DNA of 10,637 nucleotides from a virus (lineage: Duplodnaviria; Heunggongvirae; Uroviricota; Caudoviricetes). The stretch is taken from the IMG/VR virus record IMGVR_UViG_2698536379_000029. The stretch is one strand, 5' to 3'. Under the pieces are notes generated by a model that was not told the origin of the DNA, did not search any database, and saw only the letters and a program-made list of their open reading frames with translations. Shown in pieces: positions 1-7,644 of the stretch. Every line of letters starts with the position of its first letter. The first letter of the stretch is position 1. The position numbers and the translations under genes are program-made.

Positions 1-483
1 ATGACGAAGAAAAAAGCACATAAACCTGGTTCAGCGACCATCGCGCTTAACAAGCGCGCCCGTCACGAATACTTTATTGAAGAAGAGTTCGAAGCGGGAC
101 TTGCCCTGCAAGGCTGGGAAGTTAAATCCCTGCGCGCAGGAAAAGCCAATATTAGCGACAGCTATGTCCTTCTGCGCGACGGAGAAGCGTTCCTGTTTGG
201 CGCAAACATCACGCCAATGGCTGTGGCTTCTACGCATGTGGTGTGCGATCCTACCCGTACTCGCAAGTTACTTCTCAACCAGCGCGAACTTGATTCGTTG
301 TACGGTCGCGTCAATCGAGAAGGCTATACCGTAGTGGCGCTCTCCCTGTACTGGAAAAATGCCTGGTGCAAAGTGAAAATCGGCGTCGCCAAAGGTAAGA
401 AACAGCACGATAAACGTTCAGATATCAAAGAACGCGAATGGCAGGTGGATAAAGCGCGTATCATGAAAAACGCCCACCGTTAA
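1..483 (+). CDS. smpB: SsrA-binding protein SmpB (trans-translation factor), complete 160 aa
   Basis: ATG at 1, TAA at 481-483; the 160-aa translation ([30 protein letters not shown]...) matches enterobacterial SmpB as I recall it; sits immediately upstream of ssrA as in E. coli/Salmonella. Confidence 0.95.
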
Positions 484-677
484 ACCTGCACTCCAATTCT
501 TGACCAGTTCCTCACCGCGCCTCCCTCTCCGGCGGCGCGAATGAACATCTTATTGGCTATCACATCCGACAAAAATGTTGCCATCCCATTGCTTAATCGA
601 ATAAAAATCAGGCTACATGGGTGCTAAATCTTTAACGATAACGCCATTGAGGCTGGTCATAGCGCTCATAAATCTGG

Positions 678-683
678 TATACT
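678..683 (+). promoter_or_regulatory. Candidate -10 hexamer (TATACT) of the ssrA promoter
   Basis: TATACT lies about 15 nt upstream of the mature tmRNA 5' end (698), consistent with a precursor that is 5'-processed; no convincing -35 with ideal spacing found. Confidence 0.35.
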
Positions 684-697
684 CGCCGTTACACATT

Positions 698-1060
698 GGG
701 GCTGATTCTGGATTCGACGGGATTTGCGAAACCCAAGGTGCATGCCGAGGGGCGGTTGGCCTCGTAAAAAGCCGCAAAAAATAGTCGCAAACGACGAAAA
801 CTACGCTTTAGCAGCTTAATAACCTGCTTAGAGCCCTCTCTCCCTAGCCTCCGCTCTTAGGACGGGGATCAAGAGAGGTCAAACCCAAAAGAGATCGCGT
901 GGAAGCCCTGCCTGGGGTTGAAGCGTTAAAACTTAATCAGGCTAGTTTGTTAGTGGCGTGTCCGTCCGCAGCTGGCAAGCGAATGTAAAGACTGACTAAG
1001 CATGTAGTACCGAGGATGTAGGAATTTCGGACGCGGGTTCAACTCCCGCCAGCTCCACCA
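698..1060 (+). ncRNA. ssrA: tmRNA (SsrA / 10Sa RNA), 363 nt
   Basis: Begins GGGGCTGATTCTGGATTCGACGGG and ends ...GGTTCAACTCCCGCCAGCTCCACCA (tRNA-Ala-like acceptor/T-arm with CCA); internal tag reading frame GCA AAC GAC GAA AAC TAC GCT TTA GCA GCT TAA at 787..819 encodes ANDENYALAA-stop. Confidence 0.97.
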
Positions 1061-1070
1061 AATAAATCAA

Positions 1071-1099
1071 GGGGTTACGTGAAAGCGTAGCCCCTTTTT
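1071..1099 (+). terminator. Rho-independent terminator downstream of ssrA
   Basis: GGGGTTACG / CGTAGCCCC stem (one G-U pair) with a 6-nt loop, followed by TTTTT at 1095-1099. Confidence 0.6.
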
Positions 1100-1118
1100 C
1101 TTAGGTAGTGGCGGCAAA

Positions 1119-1157
1119 ATGGCGACAGACTTTTGCGTCCATCTTGCCTGTCGCCAT
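1119..1157. repeat. Inverted repeat ATGGCGACAG ... CTGTCGCCAT (10-bp arms, 19-bp spacer) upstream of the WYL-BRCT ORF
   Basis: Arms at 1119-1128 and 1148-1157 are perfect reverse complements; located 27 bp upstream of the ATG at 1184; candidate operator or RNA hairpin. Confidence 0.4.
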
Positions 1158-1183
1158 CTTGAAATCATGCAAAGAGGTTTGAC

Positions 1184-1666
1184 ATGGAAGAACTTCACTT
1201 TGTTTACATCAATGCAAATGGTCGTATCGGTGTTCACTCAATACAGAGCATCAGTTATAGCGAAAATCACATACAGGGCATTTGTAAGAACACCGATCGA
1301 ATAAAAACCTTCCGAAAAGACCGCATTCTTAAACAATACGATTCACAAGAACAAGCCATTCAGGAATGCGCGTCATTCCTCCCCGAAAACTACTCACATC
1401 TCACTAAGCAGTCAGGTCCGAAAAAAAATACATTCGATGTGTGTTTCACCGGATTTAAGAAAGCAGATAAAGAAAGGTTGGTTGATAAGGCGAATGAACA
1501 AGGATTAACGGTAAGAACATCTGTAACCCAAAACCTTCAGATGCTCTGTTGCGGTTACAATGCAGGCCCATCAAAAGTATCGGCAGCCAGGATGAAAGGC
1601 ACTATCATCATAGATGAGCCTGGCTTTATACATTTTCTTGAAACGGGTGAGATCCCAGATGAATAA
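1184..1666 (+). CDS. Hypothetical two-domain protein: N-terminal WYL-like domain plus C-terminal BRCT domain (160 aa); probable prophage cargo (moron)
   Basis: ATG 1184 preceded by AAAGAGG (1171-1177); TAA at 1664-1666. N-terminal motif ...HIQGICKNTDRIKTFRKDRI resembles the WYL signature (R-x-FR-x-DRI); C-terminal ...VCFTGFKKADKERLVDKANEQGLTVRTSVTQNLQMLCCGYNAGPSKVSAARMKGTIIIDEPGFIHFL resembles the BRCT domain of NAD-dependent DNA ligase. Visibly AT-rich relative to the flanks. Domain calls are from motif recognition, not a search. Confidence 0.7.
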   Translation: MEELHFVYINANGRIGVHSIQSISYSENHIQGICKNTDRIKTFRKDRILKQYDSQEQAIQECASFLPENYSHLTKQSGPKKNTFDVCFTGFKKADKERLVDKANEQGLTVRTSVTQNLQMLCCGYNAGPSKVSAARMKGTIIIDEPGFIHFLETGEIPDE

Positions 1667-1667
1667 A

Positions 1668-1694
1668 AACCTGCCGTAGCAGGTTCTCTTTCTT
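1668..1694. terminator. Bidirectional rho-independent terminator between the convergent WYL-BRCT ORF and ogr
   Basis: AACCTGC-CGTA-GCAGGTT hairpin (1668-1685) flanked by TTCTCTTTCTT on the plus strand and by a T-rich run on the minus strand. Confidence 0.5.
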
Positions 1695-1911
1695 AAAAAT
1701 TCATATGGCCCTGACCACCTGGCAATGGATGTGGAGGGGCTGTGGCAATCACTGCAGGTGTCACAATAAACCGGACCACTGTTTCATGGGTAACAAAAGT
1801 GCTCCCGCAGTTAATATTTTGGCACTGGCAGTAACGCTCTTTGGTGCTTTCTGTTACTTGAAAACTGCTCCTTGTGTGCGCCGCATGACCACACTTTGGA
1901 CAATTCATCAT
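1693..1911 (-). CDS. ogr: P2 Ogr-family late-gene transcriptional activator (zinc-finger), 72 aa
   Basis: MMNCPKCGHAAHTRSSFQVTESTKERYCQCQNINCGSTF... has the Ogr/Delta C-x2-C...C-x4-C zinc-binding pattern and aligns with P2 Ogr as I recall it; sits directly downstream of gene D as in P2. The track's longer ORF (to 1956) starts at GTG and adds a non-homologous extension, so I chose the ATG at 1911. Confidence 0.85.
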   Translation of the reverse strand: MMNCPKCGHAAHTRSSFQVTESTKERYCQCQNINCGSTFVTHETVVRFIVTPAVIATAPPHPLPGGQGHMNF

Positions 1912-1979
1912 ATCCAGATCCCTACCTTTGCTATCAGAATCATTGCAATGATACACAAAATATCAATATTGAGAACCAT

Positions 1980-3080
1980 TTATTCCATTTCAAGATCACC
2001 AATTTTCACTTCAAGTTCAATACTGGTCGTAAAACCGTTATCCGGGCTGACGGTATGTGTCAGAGTCGTAATGGTCCATTCCGCATCATCTATTGGCTGT
2101 TTAAAGCCACTGACCTTCACAGGCATTTCCGTGTAGAGATCTGCCCGACCTTCCGCCAGTTGTAGCGAGAATGACGCAACACCGCGTTGCAGGCGTTCCC
2201 ACTGCATTTTCGCCGCTCGTTCGGCGTTGCTCCGGTTGGCATAAGTGCGATTAAGTACCAGCACGTTTTCATCCGTCCCCACCAGATAATCGCCCTGCTT
2301 CGCTTCCGGCTCTTTCTTCTGCTTCTTAGTTCTGCGCTTACGCTTCACCGTGGTGCTTTCTTTCTTCGCGGGTTCGCGGGTATGCAACCAGCTGGCAATG
2401 ACGCCCGTATAGGCTCCGCGATCTGCCAGGGTAAAGCGGTGACTGTCGCCGTCCTTACGCGTGATAGTGATCACCGGCAGTGGTTTACCGCTGGCGCTTT
2501 TGCCCTGTCCCTGCCGGATGAATAACAGATTGCCATTTTTCACCGATGCAATAGCACCGTACTGGCGCGCCAGTCGCATCAGAAAACTGCCGTCACTCTC
2601 ATTGGTCTGGTCTATATGTTCCACGGGTTTATCTGACAGGTCTTTACCCAATGCCATCTTCAGTTTGTGCCGTGCAGCTATTTCCTTCACCACTTCCCCA
2701 ACGGTGGTCTTGTGCCACGACTTTTCACGGCGGGTATTCAGCGTTTCACGAAAATCAGCACTTCGCGCCCGGATAGTCAGGCGGTCCGGTGCGCCAGTGT
2801 GTTCAATCTCGTCCACCGTGAATGCCCCTTTCGGGAAAAGCGGCTGCCCCTTCCAGCCCAGCGCCAGCGTAATAACCGCACCACGGCGCGGCAGCACGAT
2901 TTTTCCGTCGGCGTCGTCCAGCTCCAGATCAAGCTGGTCTGCTTCAAAGCCCCGATTGTCCGTCAGCGTCAAACTCATCAGGCGGTTATCCAGCACAGTG
3001 GTGATATCCCTGCCCTCAATACTGATGCTGAATGCGGGAGTTTTGTTGCCTTTGTTAAGCAGTTCAGAGCTGAAATTCAC
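1980..3080 (-). CDS. D: P2 gpD-like tail protein (late control gene D family), 366 aa
   Basis: Position immediately downstream of U with ATGA start/stop overlap at 3077-3080; size and sequence consistent with P2 gpD. Confidence 0.85.
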   Translation of the reverse strand: MNFSSELLNKGNKTPAFSISIEGRDITTVLDNRLMSLTLTDNRGFEADQLDLELDDADGKIVLPRRGAVITLALGWKGQPLFPKGAFTVDEIEHTGAPDRLTIRARSADFRETLNTRREKSWHKTTVGEVVKEIAARHKLKMALGKDLSDKPVEHIDQTNESDGSFLMRLARQYGAIASVKNGNLLFIRQGQGKSASGKPLPVITITRKDGDSHRFTLADRGAYTGVIASWLHTREPAKKESTTVKRKRRTKKQKKEPEAKQGDYLVGTDENVLVLNRTYANRSNAERAAKMQWERLQRGVASFSLQLAEGRADLYTEMPVKVSGFKQPIDDAEWTITTLTHTVSPDNGFTTSIELEVKIGDLEME

Positions 3081-3562
3081 GACAGCAGCCCTCCCACCGT
3101 TTTACTGATATCGCTTAAGGCAGACGTTGCCGTGTCCTGCAGATTATTCAGTTGCGCACTGAGATCACCGAACATATCGGACAGGGATTCATCCACCCGT
3201 TTGAGCGACAGGGTGAACTCAATCCGGCGCGGCATACCGTCGCGGAAAAACTCCGTTTTAGTCTGATTCAGTCCCTCAATCACATACATGCCGTAAATCG
3301 TGCCGCTGCCTTCAATCAGGGGCCATGCTTTCCCCTGTTCTGCCATCTGCTCCAGTACCAGCAATGACAGCCTGCCGCCTGTTATCTCCGGCATAAGAAC
3401 ACCAGAAAGCGTCAGCATGTCGTTGTCCGGTCCCAGAAACTGCGTGGACGGACGTCGGTTGACCCGGCTGTTTGCCGCATGTCGCCAGCTGCGTTGATAC
3501 TGCAGTTCCTGATACGGCACAGTGCGCAGCATAAACACGTACAATCCCAGCACCATCATCAT
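3077..3562 (-). CDS. U: P2 gpU-like tail protein, 161 aa
   Basis: MMMVLGLYVFMLRTVPYQ... start typical of P2 gpU; overlaps the T stop (3559-3562), suggesting translational coupling; T-U-D order. Confidence 0.85.
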   Translation of the reverse strand: MMMVLGLYVFMLRTVPYQELQYQRSWRHAANSRVNRRPSTQFLGPDNDMLTLSGVLMPEITGGRLSLLVLEQMAEQGKAWPLIEGSGTIYGMYVIEGLNQTKTEFFRDGMPRRIEFTLSLKRVDESLSDMFGDLSAQLNNLQDTATSALSDISKTVGGLLS

Positions 3563-6500
3563 GCGTCGTATCCCCCCTGATCGCTGTAGTTACTCCTGGC
3601 TTTTGCCTTCAGCCTGCGTTCACGTTCATCAAGCTGGCGTGCCACCTCCCGCGCAATATCCTGCGCACTTTGTCCTGGCTGCGTCTGGATGATGATCTGC
3701 GTCGGTGCCTCAATCCGTTGAGCGGGCGGCACAGTGGCTGCACGACTCACCATCGCTTCGCCGCCTTTCGCGGGAAGTGCCAAAGGATGTAACGGCGGAA
3801 GCTCTGCAGGCGCGGCAGCAACGCCCATCATTCCGGCAACAACGGCAGCCAGTGCAGCTGTATTTCTCCGACTGGTCACGTTTGCCGGACCGTTGACAAT
3901 TTCAGGCCCGTTTTCACCGACAATGCCGAACTGCCCGCGCGGGATATAGCCGCCGCTGTCATACATCCCCGCAAAGCCATATCCCCATGACGGAAAACCA
4001 CCCGATGGCATCATCACTTTACCGTCTGCATTCACCGTCGCAGGTTGCTGACGCGTCACGCTTTCCGGCAGTTTCGCCTTTGCAGCCTCTTTACTGACAA
4101 TACCGAGTTTCTCCAGCAACCAGGAAACGCCGGATTTCAGGGAGTCCAACGGATGCATGACCATATTCAGCCCTTCCGCCAGTGCCTCCCCGAATCGTCG
4201 CCCCATTGCCGCTGCGCTCTGCAGTTCGGCAGAGGTCGACTTAACAGGCGTCAGCAGATCAGTAAACCAGCCCCACAACGCCTGTACTTTGTCGCCAATC
4301 CACTGGAACACGGGCTTAAGCGGTTCGAATGCAGCACTGATGGGACCTGCCGCCGCTTTGAATCCTTCCACCACGCCACCGAGAAATGCGGTGATGGGTT
4401 GCCAGTATTTCCAGACAACCAGCGCCACGCCCGCCAGTGCAGTAACCACAAGACCTATCGGACTGAGCAGAGCACCTAACAGACCAGATACGGCATACAG
4501 GGCAACGCGCAGCATCGCCAGCGGACCGGATGCCAGCACACGCAGCACCGCGCCTGCGGCAGCCAGTCCACCGCGTAGTGCTGCCAGTGGATTCATAAAC
4601 ATCACAGCAACCGCACGTAAACCGGATAATCCAGACCGCAACAGTGCAACCGGCACACCTGCTACAGTTTTCAGGACATTCCCCGTCAGTGATGCGGTGC
4701 GGCGCAAAGACGACAACGGCGCAGTAAGTAAACCCGCTGCGTTGCCCGATGAAGCAAGCCCGCGTCGCAGCAGTGCCAGTGGAGCGCCAGCTAACCAGGA
4801 CAACGCGCTGCTGGTTCGTGTTACTGCTGCCGTAACGGAAGGTAACGTTTTGATACCCAGCACAGAGAATCCCAGACGGATGACTGCCAGCGGCCCCAGC
4901 ACTGCAGCCAGCGCCACCGCTAAGGTGCCGAGGCCTACGGTAACCGCAGCCACAACAGCCGCTACTTTCATCAGTGTGCCTGTCAGTTCCGGGTTAGCTT
5001 CCACCCAGCGGCGCAACGCCCCCGTGATGCTTTTTACCGTGTACAGAATATCCATCAGCGGCTGGCGCAGCGTTTCGCCCAGGCTGCTGAAGGTGTTCTG
5101 CGCTCCGGTTTTGACCAGCAACCACTGAGCGGAAAGTGAGTCTTTGTTGATGTCGGATTCTTTCTGCATGGAACCGAGCGCATCATTGCCCGCTGTCAGT
5201 TTTAGCTGGCGCTGCAGTTCCGGAAGGTTGTTTGCCAGTTTCGCTGCATCATCACCAAACTCTTTACCAAACAACATGGTCATGGCAGACAGACGCTTGT
5301 CCTGCGGCAGTGCGTTCACCTTCTCCAGCACACGCTGGATAGTTCCCATCGCATCCTTCGTCATCTGCTTTTCAATCACTTCAGGATTGAGTTTCAGCAG
5401 ATTCATCCCTTCAAAGAAACTCTTACTTTGCATGGTGGCAATGGACAATTCACGCACCATCGCGTTTGCTGCACTGGCAGCAACCTCCGGCGCAGCGCCC
5501 AGTGTCAGGAAGGTGGAACCCAGCGCCGCCGCTTTACGATAATCCAGACGATCTGCCACACCGCCCAGGCGTTGCATGACATCAATGATGTCTGACCCTT
5601 TCGACATGGCGTTATCATCCAGATAGTTCAGCGCATCACCGAGCTGTTCAATATTGCGGGTAGGGATTTTGTAGAGCTGGGCGATTTTCCCCAGACTTTC
5701 TGACAGTTCATCCGCTGGCAGCTCAAAGGCTGTTGCCGCCTTTGCTGCCGTGCTGGCGAAGGCCAGCAGGTCACGTTTCTGGTCTTCCCAGCTGTCGTCA
5801 GGATTTGCGACGTTCATGCGCGCACCACCTTCAACCAGTGCGGCAAAGTCCACAGCACCGTTTTCCATCGGCAACTGTTCGCTGGCAGCCTTGATGGCAT
5901 CCTGCATTTCGTAAAAACGCGCAGTGCGGTTGCCATTATCATCACGCAGACCATTGACCTGCTTTGCCACACCTTTCATGGCATCTTCCATGCTGGTATA
6001 GCTTTTTACTGCTGCCATCACTGGCGCACCCATTGCCAGCCCTGCAGCCGTGGTAGTGGCTCCGGCTCCTGCGATGCGATCGCGCACTTCAAGCCGTCTT
6101 GAGTATTGTTCTCTGGCAGCGTTCATCCGTGCCTGTTGTTCACCCAGACGTTTAAGTGCTTTTTGCTGGCCCTCCAGTGCCTGCCTTGTTTCTTCAGCAT
6201 TTTTCTTAAGTTCTCGCTGGGCACTACTGAGTTGTCTGGTATCAATCCCTGATTCTTTAAGTGCCTGACGTTGTCTCTGGACCGCCCCCAACAAGCCGTT
6301 ATAGGTCTGCTGAAGTTCCTGTACTCGTGTTTTGGCCTGACTGAATAACTTTGCCTGCGCGGCGGTTGGCCTGTTAGTGGCAGCAAATTGTGTGGCGAGT
6401 TTTGCCGCCTCTTCGCGGGCTGCGTTCAGGTTGTTGGCTGTTATGGCTAGTTGCGAGCGCGTCTTGCGAAATTCATCAATTCTGCCAGCCTGCTTATTCA

Positions 6501-6636
6501 GTTCTTTGAGGCTGTTTCGGGTATTCTGAATTGCGCCAGCCAGCTCTTTCGAACTGGCCTGTGCAACACGGAATGGGCGGGTGAGTTTGTCAACCGCATT
6601 AAGAATGACCTGCAGCCGCAGGTTGTTATCACTCAT
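3559..6636 (-). CDS. T: Phage tail tape measure protein (P2 gpT-like), 1025 aa
   Basis: Very long ORF directly after the E/E' chaperone pair; coiled-coil-like N-terminal half (Q/A/R/E/L-rich), repetitive Ala/Leu/Gly-rich hydrophobic central region, C-terminal globular region; start ATG overlaps the E+E' stop (ATGAGTGA). Confidence 0.9.
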   Translation of the reverse strand: MSDNNLRLQVILNAVDKLTRPFRVAQASSKELAGAIQNTRNSLKELNKQAGRIDEFRKTRSQLAITANNLNAAREEAAKLATQFAATNRPTAAQAKLFSQAKTRVQELQQTYNGLLGAVQRQRQALKESGIDTRQLSSAQRELKKNAEETRQALEGQQKALKRLGEQQARMNAAREQYSRRLEVRDRIAGAGATTTAAGLAMGAPVMAAVKSYTSMEDAMKGVAKQVNGLRDDNGNRTARFYEMQDAIKAASEQLPMENGAVDFAALVEGGARMNVANPDDSWEDQKRDLLAFASTAAKAATAFELPADELSESLGKIAQLYKIPTRNIEQLGDALNYLDDNAMSKGSDIIDVMQRLGGVADRLDYRKAAALGSTFLTLGAAPEVAASAANAMVRELSIATMQSKSFFEGMNLLKLNPEVIEKQMTKDAMGTIQRVLEKVNALPQDKRLSAMTMLFGKEFGDDAAKLANNLPELQRQLKLTAGNDALGSMQKESDINKDSLSAQWLLVKTGAQNTFSSLGETLRQPLMDILYTVKSITGALRRWVEANPELTGTLMKVAAVVAAVTVGLGTLAVALAAVLGPLAVIRLGFSVLGIKTLPSVTAAVTRTSSALSWLAGAPLALLRRGLASSGNAAGLLTAPLSSLRRTASLTGNVLKTVAGVPVALLRSGLSGLRAVAVMFMNPLAALRGGLAAAGAVLRVLASGPLAMLRVALYAVSGLLGALLSPIGLVVTALAGVALVVWKYWQPITAFLGGVVEGFKAAAGPISAAFEPLKPVFQWIGDKVQALWGWFTDLLTPVKSTSAELQSAAAMGRRFGEALAEGLNMVMHPLDSLKSGVSWLLEKLGIVSKEAAKAKLPESVTRQQPATVNADGKVMMPSGGFPSWGYGFAGMYDSGGYIPRGQFGIVGENGPEIVNGPANVTSRRNTAALAAVVAGMMGVAAAPAELPPLHPLALPAKGGEAMVSRAATVPPAQRIEAPTQIIIQTQPGQSAQDIAREVARQLDERERRLKAKARSNYSDQGGYDA

Positions 6637-7065
6637 CGTTGGCCCCGCTTCTCTGAATCGCTTTATACCGCCATTCCAGCACTTCGGTCAGCGGCATAAC
6701 GTCAGTAACGGATGGCGGCCAGTGAAAGATGGTGGCGATATCAGCCACCAGATCGTCAACCGTCAGGCTGTCGGTAAACCGGCAAGCACCGACTTCTTCA
6801 ACAAAAAAGTGACAACCTCAACCGACATGGCAGTGAGATCTGCCGGGTCCATCTCTGCAATTTCCTGTGCAGTCAGTGCCGGACTGGAGATACGGGGGAT
6901 CACGGTCATCATCGCGTTCACATCCATATCCATAATGGCCTGCAGGCGTGTACCGCGCAGCGCACCGGACTGCGGTTTACGCAGCACAATTTCGGTGATT
7001 TCTGTTTTACCGCGCTTGATGGGGGTATCCAGTTGAATAGTCTTTTCAGTCTGCTTATCGCTCAT
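6629..7065 (-). CDS. E': Tail assembly chaperone gpE+E' made by programmed -1 ribosomal frameshift (about 144 aa)
   Basis: I checked codon by codon that the -1 frame is open from the slippery site (6802-6808) down to a TGA at 6629-6631, which overlaps the T start codon; this mirrors the P2 E/E+E' and lambda G/GT arrangement. Confidence 0.65.
6763..7065 (-). CDS. E: Tail assembly chaperone gpE (zero-frame product), 100 aa
   Basis: Small ORF between FII and T; its 3' end contains the slippery heptamer T TTT TTG (..VTFLLKK..). Confidence 0.8.
   Translation of the reverse strand: MSDKQTEKTIQLDTPIKRGKTEITEIVLRKPQSGALRGTRLQAIMDMDVNAMMTVIPRISSPALTAQEIAEMDPADLTAMSVEVVTFLLKKSVLAGLPTA
6802..6808 (-). 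other. -1 programmed frameshift slippery heptamer TTTTTTG (minus strand)
   Basis: Plus-strand CAAAAAA at 6802-6808 is minus-strand T TTT TTG in the gpE zero frame; the -1 frame downstream is open for 57 codons. Confidence 0.65.
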
Positions 7066-7119
7066 TTTGCTGTCCTGTAAATTGGGTTCTGGCGCGGTAT
7101 CCCGCGCCGTTCAGATACA

Positions 7120-7635
7120 TCAGAGGCCGAGGGCGTTGCGGTGCGCTTCCATCAGGTCCACACCGTCCACAATTTCCACCATGTTGATAAGGTCCACTTC
7201 ATAGAGCACCTCACCATTGATGGTCAGCTTCGCGTAGCTGTTGGTACTGGTCACTTTGGTGGTGTTGCTTTCGCCCGTCTTCCACTCGCCGGAATCCACT
7301 TCTTTGTGACGTCCACGCACCACAAGCTCCACGGCCTGCACTTCCCCGGTATCGTCACGCTGGATAGAGCCGGTAAAGCGCAGCTGAATGCCATCTACCG
7401 TGGCTTTGCCCATCTGCTTAAACAGCAGCAGTTCAGTACCACCAATGGAAAATTCTGTGTCCAGCGCACTGTCATCAAGCCCCAGATCCACATCCACTGC
7501 ACCCGGCATTCCGCCGCCGCGATACTTCTCATATTTGCGGGTGAATTTCGGCAGCGTCAGCGACTCAACGATCCCCTGCCAGTTGTTCCCGTCGTTAAAC
7601 AGGTTCAGATGTTTTAATTTGCGTGGTAAAGCCAT
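7120..7635 (-). CDS. FII: Tail tube protein (P2 gpFII-like), 171 aa
   Basis: MALPRKLKHLNLF... N-terminus and length characteristic of P2 FII; lies 9 bp downstream of FI. Confidence 0.9.
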   Translation of the reverse strand: MALPRKLKHLNLFNDGNNWQGIVESLTLPKFTRKYEKYRGGGMPGAVDVDLGLDDSALDTEFSIGGTELLLFKQMGKATVDGIQLRFTGSIQRDDTGEVQAVELVVRGRHKEVDSGEWKTGESNTTKVTSTNSYAKLTINGEVLYEVDLINMVEIVDGVDLMEAHRNALGL

Positions 7636-7644
7636 GTTGTCCCC

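Noticed and set aside
484-697. Possible small ORF or additional element between smpB and ssrA
   Set aside because: No convincing ORF; the region is best explained as the smpB 3' UTR plus the ssrA promoter and precursor leader.
1119-1304. 61-aa plus-strand ORF overlapping the start of the WYL-BRCT gene
   Set aside because: Out of frame with and overlapping a better-supported gene; no RBS; it spans the inverted repeat, which more likely explains the open frame.
1912-1956. N-terminal extension of the ogr ORF (MYHCNDSDSKGRDLD) in the six-frame track
   Set aside because: It starts at GTG, and the following MMNCPKCGH aligns with the true Ogr N-terminus (MFHCPLC... in P2); the extension is probably untranslated leader.
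1705-2165. Plus-strand ORFs (143 aa and 97 aa) overlapping ogr and the 3' end of D
   Set aside because: Antisense to recognisable ogr and D coding sequence; Cys/His-rich composition is the mirror of the Ogr zinc-finger codons.
4157-5128. Long plus-strand ORF (323 aa, Ala/Ser/Pro/Arg-rich) inside the tape measure gene
   Set aside because: Antisense shadow ORF of the GC-rich T gene; low-complexity composition, no start context, and it is fully overlapped by a well-supported 1025-aa gene on the other strand. The same applies to 4045..4479, 5144..5542, 3705..3949 and 6050..6268.
6581-7036. Plus-strand 151-aa ORF overlapping E and E'
   Set aside because: Antisense to the E / E+E' chaperone pair, whose frameshift architecture explains the region; no RBS.
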